Translations under genes and position numbers: made by a program
The notes under the pieces: model-generated
What the model was told of the DNA's origin: nothing
The model's input: only the letters and a program-made list of their open reading frames with translations
Database searches by the model: none
Shown: piece after piece, positions 25,622-31,007 of the stretch
How positions within the stretch are numbered: position 1 is the stretch's first letter
Layout of the letters: the number at the start of each line of letters is the position of its first letter
DNA from: a virus
Taxonomy: Duplodnaviria > Caudoviricetes
Strand: one strand, 5' to 3'
DNA length: 31,007 nucleotides
IMG/VR virus record: IMGVR_UViG_3300049924_000472
Location: 1-31,007 of that record

Positions 25622-25800
25622 CGCTTGCCTTTCTTCGTTCTCGCGTGCTCACTTACTGGGATCGCCGACGGAGCCTGTTCTCCCCGGGCCTTGCCATACG
25701 GGCTCGTGGGCCACACCCGGCGCAGGTCCTGGAAGGGCGCGACGGGCCGCCCCCACTTCTCCCAAAGGTCGAACGTCGGCGGGACGGGCTTGGGAACCAC
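25618..25800 (-). CDS. Probable coding segment (60 aa) overlapping the tail of 25649..26020
   Basis: GTG 25800, VVPKPVPPTFDLWEKWGRPVAPFQDLRRVW; G/C-ending codons; stop coupled to ATG 25621. Confidence 0.4.
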   Translation of the reverse strand: MVPKPVPPTFDLWEKWGRPVAPFQDLRRVWPTSPYGKARGEQAPSAIPVSEHARTKKGKR

Positions 25801-26020
25801 GCCACTTGGTGGCGAGAAAGACGTGTTCGCGTGTCCGTTCATCGAAGAACTCCATAAGGGCGTATCCGCGGCTCGCAATCATCTCGCGGGCTTCGCTCTT
25901 GGCCCGCTCGAACCACTGCTTCCCGAGAAACCGTTGCCACACCTCGTACGCGGGCAGCCGAAACTCCACCTCCTCCGGCAACTCCTCATTCGACATCGCC
26001 TTGAACGTGTCGAGGTTCAT
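25649..26020 (-). CDS. Hypothetical protein (123 aa; C-terminal part may be out of frame)
   Basis: GGGGAG SD and ATGA overlap; MNLDTFKAMSNEELPEEVEF... Confidence 0.6.
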   Translation of the reverse strand: MNLDTFKAMSNEELPEEVEFRLPAYEVWQRFLGKQWFERAKSEAREMIASRGYALMEFFDERTREHVFLATKWRGSQARPADVRPLGEVGAARRALPGPAPGVAHEPVWQGPGRTGSVGDPSK

Positions 26021-26436
26021 GCTCCCCGTCCCTTCGTCCAAAGGCAGGGAATCGGGAAGTCCTCGGGCACCACGAACAGGTGCCGCATGTTCGCCACGTT
26101 CACCACCTCGTCGTGTCGGGGGTACAACTCGACGCACCGAGCACCCTCGCCCGCGATCTCGTTCTTGATCCGTTGCAGCTCGTCCCAATCCTCCCGGATC
26201 GGCTTCTCGTCGATGCGCCGAATGGACAGGCGAATCCACGGTTCGTAGTCCTTGCGCGCCACCTGCACGATGTAGACGCGCGAAAGCCACACCTGGTAAC
26301 TCCCGCCGCTCATCCACTTGAACTCGGGCAGAACGTGCCACGCCTGCCAGCGTGATCCGCTGGGAACCCATATCTCCTCGCCCACCAGTGAGCGGTCGAA
26401 TGGAACTCCGGCCCTGGATCGAGCAACGCCGCTCAC
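26017..26436 (-). CDS. Conserved phage hypothetical protein (WDELQRIKNE...ANMRHL family)
   Basis: GTG 26436 with GGAGG SD; motif LSIRR.D...DW.ELQRIKNEI.G....VELYP....V..ANMRHL recognised as widespread in phages. Confidence 0.75.
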   Translation of the reverse strand: MSGVARSRAGVPFDRSLVGEEIWVPSGSRWQAWHVLPEFKWMSGGSYQVWLSRVYIVQVARKDYEPWIRLSIRRIDEKPIREDWDELQRIKNEIAGEGARCVELYPRHDEVVNVANMRHLFVVPEDFPIPCLWTKGRGA

Positions 26437-26675
26437 TTTTTTCCTCCCCCGCTGTGCTGGTTCGCGTTGGGGCAGGTCGAGAAGTGGCTCGCGTGCCCCT
26501 CCTCTCCGGCCTTGCACCGCTCGGCCTTGCCGTTGAGGATCGAGTAGACGGGCACCACCTTGGTCCCCGGCCCGCCCGGGCGGTCGCCCGTCACCGCCAC
26601 GTCGTACGGGCAGTTCTTTCCCGCCGGCGTCTTGGCCCAGATCACTTGCGCCCCGCAGCTCCTGCACGTACCCAT
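26433..26675 (-). CDS. Small Zn-binding phage protein (80 aa)
   Basis: Own SD (AAAGGGAG) before ATG 26675; CRSCGA.VIWAKT..GK..P.D...HFSTCP motif; in frame with the upstream ORF from 27053. Confidence 0.7.
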   Translation of the reverse strand: MGTCRSCGAQVIWAKTPAGKNCPYDVAVTGDRPGGPGTKVVPVYSILNGKAERCKAGEEGHASHFSTCPNANQHSGGGKK

Positions 26676-27053
26676 GTTGCTCCCTTTCTGATTCAGTCCA
26701 GGTCGTTCCACCCGTCGCGCGGCCGCGCTCGAGGTAGTGCCGGTTGAGCCAGCGCCGGCCGTCGCCGGCACCGCCCTTCCATCCGACCCATTCACGTTGT
26801 GTGCCTTTTCGTCGTAGAAGACCGATCCGAGCCGCACGGTCTCGCCTGCGACGCCGTCCCGGAAAAATCGGTCGATGGTCTCCATCAGCCTCTTGGCGTT
26901 GGCCCGCGAGAGCATGAGGCCCGCGGCCGCCCCGCCCGGCATCGTGCCCGGCGCGGGCATAATCTCGCGCAGCGCGATCACCAGCACGTCCTGCTCCGCC
27001 GTCCGCAGAACCCGATTCACCTCGACGCACTCGACGTTGTACATCTCGGTCAT
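26433..27053 (-). CDS. Hypothetical protein MTEMYNVEC...; as sequenced it reads in frame into the Zn-binding protein, true end uncertain
   Basis: GGAGG SD and ATGA overlap with the ASCH stop. Confidence 0.5.
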   Translation of the reverse strand: MTEMYNVECVEVNRVLRTAEQDVLVIALREIMPAPGTMPGGAAAGLMLSRANAKRLMETIDRFFRDGVAGETVRLGSVFYDEKAHNVNGSDGRAVPATAGAGSTGTTSSAAARRVERPGLNQKGSNMGTCRSCGAQVIWAKTPAGKNCPYDVAVTGDRPGGPGTKVVPVYSILNGKAERCKAGEEGHASHFSTCPNANQHSGGGKK

Positions 27054-27523
27054 CGCACGGCCTCCGTCACAAGAGCATCGGGCACGTTGAAGAGCAGTTG
27101 CTTGCCCGCGAACGGCACGGGCGTGCGGTAGACGATCCGCCGCGTCGCGTCCCAGGCGTATCGCCCCCGCCCAAAGTTGCCGAACGTGAGTTCCTGATCG
27201 GTGATCGAGGGGTGCCGCTTGGTTTTCGGCAGCACGCCCGTCAAGTCCTCGACGTACTTCCACCCCGTCAGATCGACCTGCCCGAGGATGGCACCGCGCA
27301 CAAGCGCATCGCGGAAGCCGTTGCGGGGGTCCAAGCCGGCGGCGATCAGCACGCTGCGGAAGGGTTCGGTGAGGCACAGGTCGGCGGTTTTCCGGTCCCA
27401 CTTCGTCGCCGCATGCACCAGCAGCGGCCCCGTGTGCTTGGTGTGCCACGAGCGGGTTTCGTACCGCTTCACGCCCAGGAGCCACAGCGTTGCCCACGGT
27501 TGCCAAAGAGAGATGCACTTCAT
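27050..27523 (-). CDS. ASCH-domain protein
   Basis: MKCISLWQPWATL...GVKRYETRSW....GPLLVHA, GAILG.V.L, FGNF..GRYAW, G.Q.LF. Confidence 0.92.
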   Translation of the reverse strand: MKCISLWQPWATLWLLGVKRYETRSWHTKHTGPLLVHAATKWDRKTADLCLTEPFRSVLIAAGLDPRNGFRDALVRGAILGQVDLTGWKYVEDLTGVLPKTKRHPSITDQELTFGNFGRGRYAWDATRRIVYRTPVPFAGKQLLFNVPDALVTEAVR

Positions 27524-27960
27524 GCCGCACGCTCCCTCTCTATCCGCTGCTTCAGCGCGGGAATGTGACTTTCGTATCTTCCCCAAGGATGAATCATGTG
27601 ATCTTGCCACGCCTCTGGAACGATGCTGTACAAATCCGACTTATCATCCCTGAGCACGACTCGGCCAGCCTTTCTCAGCATTTCAATGGTCCACGGATCG
27701 TCTGGTCTACATCCCCGCATGTGGAAGCAGTCAAAGGCGCTCGGGTCCAGTTTCAATATCGCCGCGTACTCTCGACGCTGCATGCCGCATTTGCAAAGTC
27801 CCTTGCACCTACACGCCACGACGCGCACCGGCATTCCCGCGTAGCCACTCATGGAATCCATGCACTTCCGACGAGTCTCGAAACAGCCTGTTCGTTGTCT
27901 CGTTCCGATACCGAACCACCAGAACCATCCGTATTTCTTCGTGCGCTTTGTCCTGCTCAC
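27520..27960 (-). CDS. Hypothetical Cys-rich protein (146 aa)
   Basis: GTG 27960 in GTGA overlap; stop coupled to the ASCH ATG; lower GC than the flanks. Confidence 0.55.
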   Translation of the reverse strand: MSRTKRTKKYGWFWWFGIGTRQRTGCFETRRKCMDSMSGYAGMPVRVVACRCKGLCKCGMQRREYAAILKLDPSAFDCFHMRGCRPDDPWTIEMLRKAGRVVLRDDKSDLYSIVPEAWQDHMIHPWGRYESHIPALKQRIERERAA

Positions 27961-29345
27961 TCCCCACGCTCCTCTCGCATCTTCGCATGACCATCCACCA
28001 CCGCGATCCGCTGCCCGATCCAGCTCATCACGTTCACGGCCATTGAGTTGCCGAGCATCCGGTAGCGCGGCGCGTCGGCCATCGGCTTGCCCTTGTACGG
28101 CACCTGCGTGTAGTGGTCGGGGAAGCCTTGCAAGCGCTCGCACTCGATGGGCATGAGCCTGCGGACGCCGCCCGAGTACGCGACGTGGGGCTTGCTGTCC
28201 GCGTGCGTGCCCGCCGCGCAGCTCGTGAGCGCGTCGGTCGTGTCCTTGGGCTGGCCGCGTCCGTTGCGGGCGATTCGGGTTTGGAAGGCGACGGCTTGCG
28301 GCCGCGTGCGTGCCTCCTGCGTGTACGCCACGCCTTCGCGGACGCCGATGCCGTCCGGCCCGCAGCCGTCCCCGGCGCCCGCTCGCTCTTGGATCGCGTA
28401 GGCGATCGCGGGAATGCCACCTTGGACGCTCCCGTTCCCGCGCCGAAGGCACGACACATCCGGCGTGCCAACGTCGCTCCCTTGCTGTTGCACCAGCACA
28501 ATCGGCGTCCCCCGCCCCGTCCCATCCTCGCTCGCGTCGGCACCGGCGGCGCGGAGCGAATGGGCGACAAGCGGCAAGCCATCGCCATCGCCATCGCCAT
28601 CGGATGATGGTCCCTTGGCGTCGCGCGACTTCATCGCGGGACTCACGCCGGGCACGTACCACTGGCCTTGGGCTCGGTTGTCGTCCGCGCCGCCGCTTCC
28701 AAGGCCGCGTGTAAGTGCGGTGGCAACTCCCGACCCCGCCTCGCGGCGCGGCGGAGGATTCCAGCACAGGCCGCCGCGCTCAAAAAGTACCGCCGCGGCA
28801 CGTCGCCAATCACCAAGATATCCGACAACGAACACACGCCGCCGTCGCTGCGGGACGGCCCGAGCGTGTGATTCCACTCGCACGTACTGAGCGTCCAGCA
28901 CTCGGTAGGCCCACCCATACCCGAGTTGGCCCAACCCCCCGAGGAAGGCACCAAAGTCCCGTCCTCCGTTGCTCGACAGGACACCGGGCACGTTCTCCCA
29001 CACCACCAACTCGGGCCGGCCCGCGTCAACAAGTCCCAGAAAGACGAGGGCCAGGTTGCCACGCGGGTCAGCCATTCCCTTTCGGAGTCCGGCCACGGAG
29101 AAGGATTGGCACGGGGTTCCGGCCACAAACAATCGAGCTCGCTCATGGGTTACGCGGTCCTTCGCCGCCGCCGTCGTCATGTCGCCAAGGTTCTCTATGC
29201 CGTGATGGTGCGCCAGCACCGCCGACGCCTGCGGGTCGATCTCGCTCGTGGACAGGCAACTCCAACCCAAGGGGGTCCACGCCTGCTCGGGCGCGCCGAT
29301 GCCGCTGCACCAGGAGCGGAAGGTGATGGGGGTGGCAAGCCTCAC
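27957..29345 (-). CDS. dcm: DNA (cytosine-5)-methyltransferase, no cognate nuclease seen
   Basis: Motif I CSGIG, IV GTPCQSFSVAG, VI WENV, VIII QRRRRVF, IX RRLMPIECERLQGFP, X RYRMLGNS; GTG 29345 with GGAGG SD. Confidence 0.95.
   Translation of the reverse strand: MRLATPITFRSWCSGIGAPEQAWTPLGWSCLSTSEIDPQASAVLAHHHGIENLGDMTTAAAKDRVTHERARLFVAGTPCQSFSVAGLRKGMADPRGNLALVFLGLVDAGRPELVVWENVPGVLSSNGGRDFGAFLGGLGQLGYGWAYRVLDAQYVRVESHARAVPQRRRRVFVVGYLGDWRRAAAVLFERGGLCWNPPPRREAGSGVATALTRGLGSGGADDNRAQGQWYVPGVSPAMKSRDAKGPSSDGDGDGDGLPLVAHSLRAAGADASEDGTGRGTPIVLVQQQGSDVGTPDVSCLRRGNGSVQGGIPAIAYAIQERAGAGDGCGPDGIGVREGVAYTQEARTRPQAVAFQTRIARNGRGQPKDTTDALTSCAAGTHADSKPHVAYSGGVRRLMPIECERLQGFPDHYTQVPYKGKPMADAPRYRMLGNSMAVNVMSWIGQRIAVVDGHAKMREERGE
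28643..29146 (-). CDS. Nested alternate-frame gene inside dcm, M.EcoHK31I beta-subunit-like (167 aa)
   Basis: SLSDIL...VPRRYFLSAAACAGILRRAARRGRELP..L.AAL motif; AAGGA SD 11 nt before ATG 29146. Confidence 0.7.
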   Translation of the reverse strand: MSELDCLWPEPRANPSPWPDSEREWLTRVATWPSSFWDLLTRAGPSWWCGRTCPVSCRATEDGTLVPSSGGWANSGMGGPTECWTLSTCEWNHTLGPSRSDGGVCSLSDILVIGDVPRRYFLSAAACAGILRRAARRGRELPPHLHAALEAAARTTTEPKASGTCPA

Positions 29346-29443
29346 GCCGCCTCCAATCTCGCCAGCACATACCGCACCACCCGCCACGCCGCGCCCCACG
29401 GGCACGAGTCCCACGCCGACGGCCCGTTGTCCGCGCTGCTCAC
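29342..29443 (-). CDS. Tiny coupled ORF (33 aa)
   Basis: GTGA overlaps at both ends; VSSADNGPSAWDSCPWGAAWRVVRYVLARLEAA. Confidence 0.55.
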   Translation of the reverse strand: MSSADNGPSAWDSCPWGAAWRVVRYVLARLEAA

Positions 29444-29691
29444 GTAGCAGCACCAGCAGCCCCCCCCTGTGCGGGCTTGATCTCCAATCGACCGGGTTCG
29501 ACGCGATGGGGCTTGCGCCCCCCGGACTCCCCGGACTTCCCGGCCTCCCCCAGCCTTCGCACCATCTCCCGGCGCGGTGCCGAGTACCCCGCCTTGCGGA
29601 GCATCGCCAGCACCAGGTTCGTTTGCTTGCACGTTTCGCATCGGTCTCCGTTCTGAATCAGGAAGATGCGGCAGAGGGGGCAGGTCACCAT
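29440..29691 (-). CDS. Small Zn-finger protein (83 aa)
   Basis: CPLC-x10-CETC; starts 3 nt after the tad1 stop. Confidence 0.65.
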   Translation of the reverse strand: MVTCPLCRIFLIQNGDRCETCKQTNLVLAMLRKAGYSAPRREMVRRLGEAGKSGESGGRKPHRVEPGRLEIKPAQGGAAGAAT

Positions 29692-29694
29692 GGG

Positions 29695-30048
29695 CTATGG
29701 CTCGTTTGAACCCAGCACACCGCGCCCGGATCGTTCGTTGGCACGCTCCTCCAACGCTCTTAGCGCATGCTCAATGTGCATCATCGCGTTCGCGTTCGCG
29801 TTGTGCGCGAATCGGCTCCTTTGGAAAAACGCGAGGCGCTGGCGTGCGGCCACAAGCAAGTCCTCGACGAACGCGCCGTTCGCGGGGGCCAGATTGCCGC
29901 CGGCATCCTTCCCCCGTGGTCCATCTTGAAACTCCACGCACAAGCCAGGCCCGTGGGCGTATCCCCCGCTCGGATTGCCGTGCTCGTCGGTGTAGTTCCG
30001 ACAATTCAACTCGTTCGACTGCGCCATCTGAACACGATCCTGAGACAT
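29695..30048 (-). CDS. tad1: Tad1/Acb2-family anti-defence signal-sponge protein (117 aa)
   Basis: AAGGAG SD before ATG 30048; VEFQDGPR...NGAFVEDLL....QRL.FFQ.SRF...AN..A..HIE.AL..LEER..ER..RGVLGSN parallels the recalled Tad1 pattern FQ.G.R..G..DLL...RL..FQ...F...N..AL..EEAL...R..R..R.VLGT. Confidence 0.85.
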   Translation of the reverse strand: MSQDRVQMAQSNELNCRNYTDEHGNPSGGYAHGPGLCVEFQDGPRGKDAGGNLAPANGAFVEDLLVAARQRLAFFQRSRFAHNANANAMMHIEHALRALEERANERSGRGVLGSNEP

Positions 30049-30069
30049 GGAAAACTCCTTTCGTTGAAA

Positions 30070-30156
30070 TCCCCCGACGCCCTTTCGAACGCCGGGGAGA
30101 CGGCTGGCTAGACGCACTCGCGTGCGGACACGGCAAGATGCCGACTTTCACCAGCC
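30070..30156 (-). ncRNA. Candidate structured RNA leader upstream of tad1
   Basis: Three-way junction (GGCUGG/CCAGCC closing CGGCA-UCU-UGCCG and CGCAC-GCGA-GUGCG), then a 12-bp GAAA-capped hairpin with G-U pairs that form only on the minus strand. Confidence 0.55.
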
Positions 30157-30166
30157 TCGAACACGA

Positions 30167-31007
30167 TCAGGACTCCGCCCGTCCCTTCACCCCACGTTCC
30201 GCCTGCACATGCGATCCGCGCACGATGCACCACTCGGGCAGCCCCTCCTGGATCACCCGAATCTCGCCGTTGATCCTGGTGCGTCGCACCCCATTGAGCG
30301 TGGGGGCCAAGAGCTGGAACCGCACGGGTTGCTGGACCTCGTTGGGCATGTGGACCTCCACCCGAACCGGGACCTGCACCCAGGCGTTCTCGTGCTCAAC
30401 GTCCAGATCGAGCACGGGGAGCCGCACCACAAACTCGCGCGGGAACCGGATGAGCTCGTTCCCCGCCGTCGCCTTGAACATGACCCCGACGGTCTCGTTG
30501 TTCATCTGGAGGTCGCTGTCGATGTTCGCGGTGAACGTCGCCTTGACCGTCCGCATGCTCTCCAGGATCGTGATGTCCTGGAGCGTGTGCTGGTTGAGCA
30601 GGAGGTGCGTCAGGAGCGTCTTGTGGTCCATCGGCGCGGCGGTCAGCACCTTCTGCCACGCCTGCCACTCGTTCGAGTAAGCGAACCGAAGCGTCGCCAC
30701 CTCGCGCCGCCCACGCTCTTTCATCTCGTCCAGGCTGAGCACCACGCCCTGGTCGTTGTACAGGATCAGGCCCCTGTTCTTGTCGCTGTACTTGGTGGCG
30801 AAGGCGATCAGGCTGTCGGCGTCCTCGATGGTGTGCTGGCGGTAGGCGACCGGCGGCTCCCACTCGTCCGCGGGCGGGAGCACTTGCTCCACGCGGTGCG
30901 TGATGCACTTGACGCCGGCCTTGTCCAGGTCGGCGGCGACGCTCAGGGCAAAGCCCCGGTTGTCGTCGCGGGCGTCCTGGATCAGGGCCGCGATCGGAGC
31001 GTCCAAG
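30167..31007 (-). CDS. DUF2303/YfdQ-like phage protein, 5' end probably outside the window
   Basis: DADSLIAFA.KY, ATL...YS.EW.AW, P.EFVV.LPV, VRFQL pattern recognised from DUF2303 proteins. Confidence 0.65.
   Translation of the reverse strand, partial: LDAPIAALIQDARDDNRGFALSVAADLDKAGVKCITHRVEQVLPPADEWEPPVAYRQHTIEDADSLIAFATKYSDKNRGLILYNDQGVVLSLDEMKERGRREVATLRFAYSNEWQAWQKVLTAAPMDHKTLLTHLLLNQHTLQDITILESMRTVKATFTANIDSDLQMNNETVGVMFKATAGNELIRFPREFVVRLPVLDLDVEHENAWVQVPVRVEVHMPNEVQQPVRFQLLAPTLNGVRRTRINGEIRVIQEGLPEWCIVRGSHVQAERGVKGRAES

Larger units (their letters stand above)
1..31007 (-). mobile_element. Tailed phage or prophage genome segment, podovirus-like (early cassette plus packaging, head and short-tail genes)
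   Basis: Gene order terS-terL-portal-scaffold-capsid-adaptor-nozzle-ejection proteins; dense co-oriented small ORFs with ATGA/GTGA overlaps; no sheath or tape measure seen in the window; both ends fall inside phage genes. Confidence 0.95.

Noticed and set aside
28578-28601. (GCCATC)n hexamer repeat in dcm
   Set aside because: In-frame DGDGDGDG low-complexity coding; length change would not shift the frame, so it is not an on/off phase-variation tract.
29520-29550. 9-bp imperfect repeats ccccggact
   Set aside because: In-frame low-complexity coding (GEAGKSGESG).
30083-30154. Hammerhead-like words CUGGUGA ... GAAA in the tad1 leader
   Set aside because: CUGAnGA is not exact and the bases needed for stem II do not pair; the GAAA is better explained as a tetraloop.
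1-31007. CRISPR array, tRNA/rRNA, integrase/att, IS element, reverse transcriptase/DGR, tape measure
   Set aside because: No spaced repeats, cloverleaf, recombinase, transposase or RT motifs, or TR/VR pair found by eye. The short tandem repeats have no spacers.

Overview
GC-rich segment of a tailed dsDNA phage or prophage, most likely podovirus-like. No integrase, att site or host gene is visible, so free phage and prophage cannot be told apart. Almost everything is on the minus strand. Reading from 31007 down, an early/middle cassette of small, translationally coupled genes comes first: DUF2303/YfdQ-like protein, a clear Tad1/Acb2-family anti-defence sponge, a C5 DNA methyltransferase with a nested out-of-frame gene, ASCH protein, J-domain protein, NrdR-like Zn ribbon, RuvC-like resolvase and a stand-alone LuxR HTH. 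One plus-strand leaderless gene follows. The late module then runs: SGNH esterase, terS, terL, portal, FmdB-type Zn ribbon, scaffold, major capsid, decoration, adaptor, two tail beta-propeller proteins flanking a lipoprotein plus a membrane protein, and ejection-type proteins that run off the left end. Non-coding highlights are a repeated late-promoter/operator-like motif, a structured RNA leader in front of tad1, and short tandem duplications at late-gene junctions. All protein calls rest on motif recognition by eye and on synteny; no database search was run.
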